From assembly GCA_964360965.1 (NCBI GenBank), contig CAYHYM010000012.1, positions 1 through 16,279 on the forward strand: a stretch of DNA of 16,279 nucleotides, given 5' to 3'. How positions within the stretch are numbered: the stretch's first letter is position 1; each line of letters opens with the position of its first letter. The notes under the pieces were generated by a model. It was given only the letters and a program-made list of their open reading frames with translations. It was not told the origin of the DNA and made no database searches. The position numbers and the translations under genes are program-made. The stretch is from an uncultured Gammaproteobacteria bacterium. Its GTDB lineage: Bacteria; Patescibacteriota; Microgenomatia; Daviesbacterales; UBA10151. Positions 1-6,437 of the stretch are shown piece after piece.

Positions 1-9
1 GTCGGCCCC

Positions 10-43
10 GCCACGTTCAGTTCACTACGTTCATGAACGTGGC
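10..43. repeat. Imperfect palindrome: 10-bp arms gccacgttca (10-19) and tgaacgtggc (34-43), containing the perfect 14-nt palindrome acgttcatgaacgt (27-40)
   Basis: Read directly from the sequence; the arms are exact reverse complements and the motif acgttca occurs three times. Confidence 0.6.
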
Positions 44-99
44 AGGCCTCATTTTCTATCCATAGTAACATCTCTATTAAATCCTCATTTAATTAAGAA

Positions 100-121
100 C
101 ATGAACGTGGACCGCATTTTC
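100..121. repeat. Partial direct copy of the right half of the 10-43 element: catgaacgtgg...cattttc, compare 32-56
   Basis: The 11-mer catgaacgtgg is identical at 32-42 and 100-110. The tail cattttc is shared at 50-56 and 115-121. Confidence 0.5.
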
Positions 122-131
122 GTTATTAAGT

Positions 132-137
132 TATAAT
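132..137 (+). promoter_or_regulatory. Candidate -10 box TATAAT, 9 nt upstream of the GIY-YIG start codon
   Basis: Consensus hexamer with no Shine-Dalgarno between it and ATG 147. AT-rich background makes chance matches common. Confidence 0.25.
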
Positions 138-146
138 AAATTTAGA

Positions 147-410
147 ATGTTCTACTACTTCTATATTCTTCAGAGTCAGAAGAATGGAAAGTTATATCTT
201 GGCCATACCTCTGATCTTAACGAAAGACTAAAATCTCATAATGCCGGTGAAAACAATGCAACAAAACCAAATATTCCATATGAGTTGATTTTCTTTTCAG
301 GTTTTAAAAACGAGAGAGATGCTATAAATTGTGAGAAATATTTTAAAACAACTGCGGGGTGGAAAAGACTTCATAAAATGCTAGAAAATTATCTAGCTTC
401 TATTGAGTAA
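147..410 (+). CDS. GIY-YIG nuclease family protein (small stand-alone UPF0213/YhbQ-like type)
   Basis: N-terminal FYYFYIL...GKLYLGHTSDL..RL..HN matches the GIY...YIG...R..H.N pattern. The 87-aa size is typical of stand-alone GIY-YIG proteins. Confidence 0.85.
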   Translation: MFYYFYILQSQKNGKLYLGHTSDLNERLKSHNAGENNATKPNIPYELIFFSGFKNERDAINCEKYFKTTAGWKRLHKMLENYLASIE

Positions 411-459
411 ATTTATTTATCATATAAATATCTTAATGCCTATAAACAGAAGTATCTTA

Positions 460-1026
460 TTATTTTGCAGCCTGGATCAAAAGTAAGTATTCTTTATTCC
501 CTTTACCTAGTGAACCTAAAATTGGAGATTCAATTCGGTTGATAATTACAAATCCAAGTTGCGTTACATTTTCAATTACGCTGTTGCTAATTTTTTCTAC
601 CAACTCTGATTTCACTACGCCCTTAATTAAATTCCCTTTATCTGTTTCGTAATGAGGTTTCAAAAGAGCTATCATGTGTCCTCCCGGTTTTAGGAATTTC
701 TTAGCTACTAGTAAAACCAATTCTAATTTTGTCCACCCAGCGTCTATAGTTACTAAATCTACCTGCTCGGGAAGATTTTCTAGATGTAGTATGTTGGTTC
801 TCTCCATTACTACTACTCGGGGATCATTTCTAAGTTTCCAAGCCAGCTCACCATAAGCCGTATCTACGGAATAAACTTTACTAGCTCCATTTTGAAGCAA
901 ACAATCAACAAATCCACCTGTAGAAGAACCCACATCTAATACGATTTTTCCTGTAATTCCAATTTGGAAACTATCTATAGCTGCTTGAAGTTTAACACCA
1001 CCCCTAGAAACATATTGTTTATCCAT
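460..1026 (-). CDS. tlyA: TlyA-family rRNA (cytidine-2'-O)-methyltransferase, FtsJ/RrmJ fold, without the N-terminal S4 domain
   Basis: YVSRGGVKL, LDVGSSTGGFVDCLLQNGA (SAM-binding motif), VDTAYGELAWKLRNDPRVVVMERTN. In-frame stop five codons upstream of the ATG. Confidence 0.8.
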   Translation of the reverse strand: MDKQYVSRGGVKLQAAIDSFQIGITGKIVLDVGSSTGGFVDCLLQNGASKVYSVDTAYGELAWKLRNDPRVVVMERTNILHLENLPEQVDLVTIDAGWTKLELVLLVAKKFLKPGGHMIALLKPHYETDKGNLIKGVVKSELVEKISNSVIENVTQLGFVIINRIESPILGSLGKGNKEYLLLIQAAK

Positions 1027-1199
1027 ATATGGACTATATTATAATTTTTGATCGTCTCAACCACAACTTATATACAAATATACAAAATTTATGTCTAGTC
1101 CTTCTATATTTGGATTCCTAACTGTTGCATGGTTCTATACTGATATACTAAACTTTGATACAGGTGTTCAAGATTTTTACCCTTCAAGCCCGCTTAATG

Positions 1200-1208
1200 T
1201 GCTATTAT
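1200..1208 (+). promoter_or_regulatory. Candidate extended -10 (TGcTATTAT), 7 nt upstream of polX ATG 1216
   Basis: TGn plus a near-consensus hexamer; no Shine-Dalgarno follows it. Confidence 0.25.
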
Positions 1209-1215
1209 TTAGTTG

Positions 1216-2991
1216 ATGAGTTTTTCCAACCAACAGATTGCCAAACTCCTCCGTAATGTAGCTGCAGCTTATACTATCAAAGGAATTGGTAATATTTTTC
1301 AGATCCGTGCTTATGAGAATGCTGCTGATTCAATAGAGCGCTCAACTGTCGAGATTAGGGATTTATGGGAAGAGGGAAAAATGGATGAGGTTCCCGGTTT
1401 AGGAGAAAGCCTGCGTGGCTACCTTCAAGAACTTTTTAAAACCGGCAAGGTAAAGCATTTTGAAAGTGTGGAAAAAGGCCTTCCTAAAGTGGTATTTGAC
1501 CTTTTGGATATTCCCGGGGTTGGTCCAAAAACAGCTTTGGAGATAGCAAACTTCGGCGTAAATAGTATTGATGATCTAAAAAAACAGATTAAATCAGGTA
1601 CTCTGGTTCAAAAAGGATTTTCCGACAAACTGGCAGAAAAAATCATATCAGCAATTGTGGAATTGGGTAGCCGTAATAGAAGAATGCTTCTTCCATATGC
1701 TCAGGCTCAAGCTGATAAAATTTTAATATTTTTGAAAAAAAGCGCAGATGTCATAGAAGCTCACCCTCTGGGTTCTTTAAGAAGAATGTTGGCTACAGTA
1801 GGAGACCTGGATTTTTCAGCCAGCTCCAAAAATCCCCCCAAAGTAATAGAATATTTTTGTAAAATGCCGGGAATTGTCAGAATAATTGATAAGGGAGAAA
1901 ACAAGGCCTCGGTAAGAGTGCAAAGCGGTATTCAGGTCGATTTACTGGTTGGTGGACTTAAGTCATATGGAGCTCTTCTGCAGCATTTCACAGGCTCAAA
2001 GAACCACAATATTAAGTTAAGAACATTTGCTAAAGAAAAAGGATATTCTTTATCAGAGTATGGTCTTAAACGGATGAAAGATGAAAAAATAATTGAGACC
2101 AGGACTGAGGAAGAATTTTATCATTTATTAGGGATGCAGGCTCCTCCGCCAGAGATTAGAGAAGATACAGGTGAAATTGAGGCTGCCCTTCGACAAGCTC
2201 AGGGTAAACCAGGTGGTTTACCGGATTTGGTTAAGTTTAAGGATATAAAAGGGGATTTACATCTTCACTCCAATTATCCCATCAAAAGTCCTTCTCACGG
2301 ACCTGGGGTTGATTCAATTGAGGAAATTGTTAAGAAGGCTCAACAGCTGGGTTATGAATTTGTTGGTATATCTGATCATCCTCCCGGATTCACCACCAGT
2401 AGTAAGAATGAGACTATTGAGTGGGTTCAAAAGAGGACAAAAAGTATTCAAAATATTCAAAAGGGTATAAAAAGTATTCGAGTACTAAATGGACTCGAAA
2501 TAGATATATTAGGAGATGGGAGATTGAGTGTGCCTGATGAGATATTGGCAACTTTAGATTACTGTATAGCCGGAATCCATTCCGGCCATAGAGGTCATAA
2601 GGATGAAATTACCAAAAGATTAGTGGCTGCTTTAAATAATCCTCATGTAGATATTATTTCTCATCCCACCAACAGATTGTTAAACGAGAGAGAATCTTCT
2701 GATGCAGATTGGGAACAAATTTTTAAATTAGCTGCCAAAAACCATAAATTACTGGAGATTAATGCTTATCCTAACAGGCTGGATTTAAGAGATGATCTGG
2801 TTAGAAAAGCGCTGGAATATGGGGGGAAATTTATTATTAATACTGATGCTCACCAGGTTATACAAATGGACAATATGTTGTTTGGAGTATCTGTAGCCCG
2901 TAGGGGCTGGGCACAGGATAAAGATATTGTTAATACTTGGGACTGGACAAAATTTAAAAATTGGTTTAATATAAAAAATGATGTCTCTTAA
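1216..2991 (+). CDS. polX: Family X DNA polymerase with C-terminal PHP phosphoesterase domain (PolX)
   Basis: HhH motifs (IPGVGPKTA), catalytic GDLDF and VDLL aspartates, PHP GDLHLHS and GISDH motifs. ATG 1216 is preferred over the track's TTG 1213. Confidence 0.9.
   Translation: MSFSNQQIAKLLRNVAAAYTIKGIGNIFQIRAYENAADSIERSTVEIRDLWEEGKMDEVPGLGESLRGYLQELFKTGKVKHFESVEKGLPKVVFDLLDIPGVGPKTALEIANFGVNSIDDLKKQIKSGTLVQKGFSDKLAEKIISAIVELGSRNRRMLLPYAQAQADKILIFLKKSADVIEAHPLGSLRRMLATVGDLDFSASSKNPPKVIEYFCKMPGIVRIIDKGENKASVRVQSGIQVDLLVGGLKSYGALLQHFTGSKNHNIKLRTFAKEKGYSLSEYGLKRMKDEKIIETRTEEEFYHLLGMQAPPPEIREDTGEIEAALRQAQGKPGGLPDLVKFKDIKGDLHLHSNYPIKSPSHGPGVDSIEEIVKKAQQLGYEFVGISDHPPGFTTSSKNETIEWVQKRTKSIQNIQKGIKSIRVLNGLEIDILGDGRLSVPDEILATLDYCIAGIHSGHRGHKDEITKRLVAALNNPHVDIISHPTNRLLNERESSDADWEQIFKLAAKNHKLLEINAYPNRLDLRDDLVRKALEYGGKFIINTDAHQVIQMDNMLFGVSVARRGWAQDKDIVNTWDWTKFKNWFNIKNDVS
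2186..2222. repeat. GC-rich element in the polX core-PHP linker: ccct/aggg stem around loop tcgacaagctc, then the perfect hairpin ggtaaacc-aggt-ggtttacc
   Basis: Read directly. The 17-mer ccttcgacaagctcagg recurs with one mismatch at 5988-6004 in gatA. In polX it is translated in frame as [10 protein letters not shown]. Confidence 0.65.
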
Positions 2992-3532
2992 TATAATTGT
3001 TATAGCAGTTATAATCATTATAGTTTTATGGCTACTTTTTACCTACAATAGCCTAATAACTCTACGTAATCGCGTCCGTGAAGCTTGGTCACAAATAGAT
3101 GTTCAGTTAAAAAGAAGGTCTTCTTTAATTCCCAATCTGGTAGAGGCGGTTAAAGGTTATGCCAAACATGAAAGAGCTGTATTTAATGAGGTGACCAAAG
3201 CAAGGACAACTCTGGTAAATGCCAAAACCCCTCCTCAAAAAGCTGTTGCTAATGATATGCTAACAGGCGCCTTAAAATCTTTATTTGCTGTAGCAGAGGC
3301 TTATCCTAATCTTCGGGCCTCGGAAAATTTTAAACAGCTTCAAGAAGAATTATCTGACACGGAAACAAAAGTGGCTGCCTCAAGGCAGTTTTATAATACC
3401 AATGTGTTGGATTTAAATAATTCCTTAGAAACAGTTCCCTCTGCCTGGATTGCCAATATGTTTAGTTTTACCAAAGAAGACTTCTTTAAAGCCTCAGAAG
3501 AAGAAAAAAAGGATATTGAAGTTAAATTCTAA
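2978..3532 (+). CDS. lemA: LemA family membrane protein
   Basis: N-terminal TM helix followed by [34 protein letters not shown] and [16 protein letters not shown], typical LemA motifs. Overlaps the polX stop by 14 nt. Confidence 0.85.
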   Translation: MMSLNIIVIAVIIIIVLWLLFTYNSLITLRNRVREAWSQIDVQLKRRSSLIPNLVEAVKGYAKHERAVFNEVTKARTTLVNAKTPPQKAVANDMLTGALKSLFAVAEAYPNLRASENFKQLQEELSDTETKVAASRQFYNTNVLDLNNSLETVPSAWIANMFSFTKEDFFKASEEEKKDIEVKF

Positions 3533-3537
3533 CCACT

Positions 3538-4494
3538 ATGGCAACGGTTAATACTGCTTGGGATCATGTTGGATCAAATGTTTTTAAGACCTGGTTGATC
3601 ATGTTAATCTTCAGCCTTTTTACTGTGGCAGTAATTTATATCATAGCTAGAGGGTTTGGATATGGCTCGCCTCGCTTCGCGGGCGAAGCGGGAGAAATAG
3701 GAGGGTTAGGGATAGTAGGTTTTTCCTTGATCATGGCAGGAATAATGAACTTTGTTTCATATTTTTGGTCAGATAAGATTGTACTGGGTGTTTCAGGCGC
3801 AAAACCAATAAAAAAAGTGGATAACCCCGAAGTCTACAGAATAGTGGAAAATTTATGTATTGCTGCAGGTCTGCCCATCCCTAAAATTTATATTATTGAT
3901 GATACTGCCACCAATGCTTTTGCCACAGGCAGGGATCCCAAACATGCGGCTATTGCCTATACCAAAGGTATTTTACAAAAGCTTAACAAACAGGAGCTGG
4001 AGGGAGTTACGGCCCATGAGCTTTCTCATGTGGGAAATAGGGATACTCTGGTGATGGCGGTTGTTTCTGTTTTGGTGGGAACCATAGCCTTACTTTCTGA
4101 TTTCTTTATGCGGTCAATGTGGTATGGAAGCCATGGTGGTGATAGAGATAGCAAAGGAAATACCATGTTTATGGTTATTGCCATTGTGGCTGCCATTTTG
4201 GCTCCAATAATTGCTACTTTAATCCAGCTGGCAGTATCCCGCAGAAGAGAGTTTTTGGCAGATGCCTCAGGAGTACTTTTAACCAGATATCCTCAAGGTT
4301 TGGCTAATGCTTTGCTTAAGATATCCAGCGATCGTGAAGCCTTGGAAGTGGCCAACCGCGGTACAGCACATCTTTATATAGTCAATCCTCTTAAAGGTAA
4401 AGAAGCCAAACAGTGGCTGGCAGGACTTTTTAACACCCATCCTCCGATCGAGACCCGCATCAAAGCCCTCCAGGAAATGGAAGGAAAAATTTAG
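3538..4494 (+). CDS. htpX: Zinc metalloprotease HtpX (peptidase M48)
   Basis: HEXXH motif (AHELSHVGNRD), downstream REFLADASG, four hydrophobic segments, and the conserved lemA-htpX gene pairing. Confidence 0.9.
   Translation: MATVNTAWDHVGSNVFKTWLIMLIFSLFTVAVIYIIARGFGYGSPRFAGEAGEIGGLGIVGFSLIMAGIMNFVSYFWSDKIVLGVSGAKPIKKVDNPEVYRIVENLCIAAGLPIPKIYIIDDTATNAFATGRDPKHAAIAYTKGILQKLNKQELEGVTAHELSHVGNRDTLVMAVVSVLVGTIALLSDFFMRSMWYGSHGGDRDSKGNTMFMVIAIVAAILAPIIATLIQLAVSRRREFLADASGVLLTRYPQGLANALLKISSDREALEVANRGTAHLYIVNPLKGKEAKQWLAGLFNTHPPIETRIKALQEMEGKI
3665..3694. repeat. GC-rich palindromic element inside htpX: gctcgcctcgcttcgcgggcgaagcgggag, with 7-bp stem cgcttcg/cgaagcg and loop cggg
   Basis: 23 of 30 nt are G/C in an AT-rich gene. 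The blocks gctcgcctcgc and ggcgaagcggg are identical to gatC 4811-4821 and 4822-4832. Confidence 0.75.
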
Positions 4495-4519
4495 AGACTC
4501 TCTATCTTGTTTAAACTTC

Positions 4520-4528
4520 TGATATAAT
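4520..4528 (+). promoter_or_regulatory. Perfect extended -10 promoter element TGATATAAT, 6 nt upstream of gatC ATG 4535
   Basis: Exact TGnTATAAT match. Its position predicts a transcription start at or next to the A of the ATG. No Shine-Dalgarno. Confidence 0.4.
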
Positions 4529-4534
4529 TCTAGT

Positions 4535-4879
4535 ATGAGAAAGCCAAAGATTATTGGTTTTTTTGATTCGAAAAAAGTCGCTCGCCTTGCTAATCTGCCA
4601 CTTACTTCTGAAGAAGAAGAGAAATATTCTGAACAGCTTTCTAAGATTTTAGATTACATAGAACAACTCAATAAGGTCGATACCAAAGATGTGGAACCAA
4701 CTTTTAATGTTAGTGGTCAGGCTAATGTAATGAGAAAAGATACTATGGATGTTTGTTTACCCCAAGAAGATGCTTTATCAAACGCCCCACAAAAGAAAAA
4801 TGCCGTGCCTGCTCGCCTCGCGGCGAAGCGGGCCGTCAGGCAGGGATTTTTTGTGACAAAAGGAGTTTTTAAGGTGTAA
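4535..4879 (+). CDS. gatC: Asp/Glu-tRNA(Asn/Gln) amidotransferase subunit C
   Basis: [41 protein letters not shown] plus NAP...GFFVTKGV at the C-terminus. Sits directly upstream of gatA and gatB. Confidence 0.9.
   Translation: MRKPKIIGFFDSKKVARLANLPLTSEEEEKYSEQLSKILDYIEQLNKVDTKDVEPTFNVSGQANVMRKDTMDVCLPQEDALSNAPQKKNAVPARLAAKRAVRQGFFVTKGVFKV
4802..4845. repeat. Composite GC-rich palindromic element inside gatC, translated in frame as [15 protein letters not shown]
   Basis: 35 of 44 nt are G/C. Outer arms tgcctg (4806-4811) and caggca (4837-4842). Flanks match the gatA copy at 5634-5657 and the core matches the htpX copy. Confidence 0.8.
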
Positions 4880-4895
4880 CCTTAACAGACGAGTT

Positions 4896-6317
4896 ATGGA
4901 TATCACCGGCTTAACATTAGCAGAGACTTTGAAAGCTCTTAAGAACAAAGAGTTTTCTCTAGAAGAGCTTAATAAAGCTTATTTTGTGAGGATTGATAAA
5001 TATAATACTGAGCTTAACGCTTATTTAAATATAAACAGAGGCAATTCTAAAATTCCTGCTGCCATAAAAGATGTAATCTCCACTAGGGGAATTCCCACCA
5101 CTGCCGCTTCGAAAATTCTGGAGGGATTTATCCCTCCTTATGATGCCACGGTGATAGGGAAGTTAACAGAACAAGGTATAGGGGTAATTGGTAAAACCAA
5201 CTGTGATGAGTTTGCCATGGGATCATCAGGTGAGAATTCGGCTTTTGGCCCCACAAAAAATCCATGGGATTTAAATAAAGTTCCCGGAGGATCTTCATCC
5301 GGTTCTGCTGCAGCAGTATCTGCTGATCTTTGTGTATTTGCACTTGGATCTGATACCGGAGGTTCTATCAGGCAACCTGCATCTTTATGTGGAATTGTTG
5401 GGTTAAAACCAACTTATGGCAGGGTCTCCAGATACGGCCTGATGGCCATGGCTTCATCTTTAGATCAAATTGGACCAATAACTAAATCTGTGGAGGATGC
5501 AACTCTAGTTTTAGATTGGATATCAGGTTCTGATGGATACGACTCAAATGTGTCCAAAAAGTTTACCTATTCAGAAGATAAATTAAAATCTGGGGTCAAA
5601 GGACTTAAAGTTGGCGTGCCTAAAGAGTATTTTGCCGTGCCTGCCGGCAGGCAGGGAGGGGGTTTGGATCCAAAAATTAAGAAAGTTATTGAAGAGGCAA
5701 TTAAAAAATTGGAAGAATTAGGTGCAGAAATAGTTGAAGTCAGTCTACCACACAGCAAGTATGCTTTGGCTGCTTATTATATTATTGTGCCGTCTGAAGT
5801 TTCTTCTAACATGGCCCGCTATGATGGGATAAGGTTCGGATTAGGGAGAGAAAATATAGGAGCTGAAGTTAAAAGAAGAATCATGCTCGGTACATTTGCG
5901 CTATCTTCCGGATATTATGATGAATACTATACAAAAGCGGCCAGAATAAGAACCTTAGTTAAGCAGGATTTTGAAAAAGCTTTTGATCCTTCGACAGGCT
6001 CAGGAGTAGATGTGATAGTTGGTCCGGTCTCCCCCACCACAGCATGGAATATAGGAGAAAAAATAGATGATCCTTTAACTATGTATCTGCAGGATGTTTA
6101 CACAATTTCTGCTAATTTGGCAGGAATTCCAGGGTTATCTGTACCTTGTGGTTTTGCCCACGCGCCAGACGGCGCAGGGTTATTGCCTGTGGGCCTGCAG
6201 ATTTTGGGAAAACAATGGGACGAAGAGACTATTTTAAGAGTTGGTTATGCTTATGAACAATCAACAGATTGGAGAAAAGAGAAACCTTCCTTGTCATCCC
6301 GTACTTGCCCGCCCTGA
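4896..6317 (+). CDS. gatA: Asp/Glu-tRNA(Asn/Gln) amidotransferase subunit A
   Basis: Amidase signature [11 protein letters not shown] and [13 protein letters not shown]; PVGLQILGK near the C-terminus. Confidence 0.95.
   Translation: MDITGLTLAETLKALKNKEFSLEELNKAYFVRIDKYNTELNAYLNINRGNSKIPAAIKDVISTRGIPTTAASKILEGFIPPYDATVIGKLTEQGIGVIGKTNCDEFAMGSSGENSAFGPTKNPWDLNKVPGGSSSGSAAAVSADLCVFALGSDTGGSIRQPASLCGIVGLKPTYGRVSRYGLMAMASSLDQIGPITKSVEDATLVLDWISGSDGYDSNVSKKFTYSEDKLKSGVKGLKVGVPKEYFAVPAGRQGGGLDPKIKKVIEEAIKKLEELGAEIVEVSLPHSKYALAAYYIIVPSEVSSNMARYDGIRFGLGRENIGAEVKRRIMLGTFALSSGYYDEYYTKAARIRTLVKQDFEKAFDPSTGSGVDVIVGPVSPTTAWNIGEKIDDPLTMYLQDVYTISANLAGIPGLSVPCGFAHAPDGAGLLPVGLQILGKQWDEETILRVGYAYEQSTDWRKEKPSLSSRTCPP
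5634..5656. repeat. GC-rich palindrome inside gatA, containing the perfect 16-nt palindrome tgcctgccggcaggca (5638-5653), translated as AVPAGRQG
   Basis: 19 of 23 nt are G/C. gccgtgcctgc and caggcaggga are identical to the flanks of the gatC element and lie in the same reading frame. Confidence 0.8.
5987..6005. repeat. Short GC-rich element inside gatA (tcct/agga stem, loop tcgacaggctc), translated as PSTGSG
   Basis: Same architecture as polX 2186-2204, and the 17-mer matches with one mismatch. Confidence 0.55.
6157..6179. repeat. GC-rich hairpin inside gatA (gcgcc-agac-ggcgc flanked by ccc/ggg), translated as AHAPDGAG
   Basis: Read directly. It coincides with extra residues between the conserved PCGF and LPVGLQ motifs. 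Confidence 0.45.
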
Positions 6318-6342
6318 ACGAGGCCGCAGGGATACGGGATCC
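6293..6342. repeat. GC-rich palindromic element spanning the gatA 3' end (arms atcccgta 6296-6303 and tacgggat 6333-6340; inner ccctg/caggg)
   Basis: Exact 8-bp and 5-bp inverted repeats. The gatA stop TGA (6315-6317) lies inside the element. Confidence 0.7.
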
Positions 6343-6362
6343 ATAGATAATGTTTTTAATTG

Positions 6363-6419
6363 GATTCCCGCTCCTCGAGTCTGAGCGACCTCGGAGTCGA
6401 TGACTTTCGCGGGAATGAC
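6363..6419. repeat. GC-rich palindromic element in the gatA-gatB spacer (arms attcccgc 6364-6371 and gcgggaat 6409-6416, 37-nt interior holding the direct repeat cctcgagtc / cctcggagtc)
   Basis: Exact 8-bp inverted repeat read from the sequence. It ends in the same ...aatgac motif as the element at 7836-7858. Confidence 0.7.
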
Positions 6420-6437
6420 GAAAGGGTAGACAGAATT

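Noticed and set aside
674-856. 60-aa + strand ORF inside the tlyA region. The same applies to the other short track ORFs at 2785-3018(-), 3860-4054(+), 5128-5343(-), 5567-5758(-), 7153-7344(+), 7171-7410(-), 10023-10211(-), 10208-10411(-), 10808-11029(-) and 11745-11957(-).
   Set aside because: Each lies completely within, and mostly antisense to, a CDS with strong family motifs. Their translations are low-complexity with no recognisable motifs, so they are chance open frames.
6360-6437. N-terminal extension of gatB from TTG 6360, as in the ORF track.
   Set aside because: The extension is encoded entirely by the palindromic element. The conserved GatB N-terminus (MNKYEPVIGLEVH) begins at ATG 6438.
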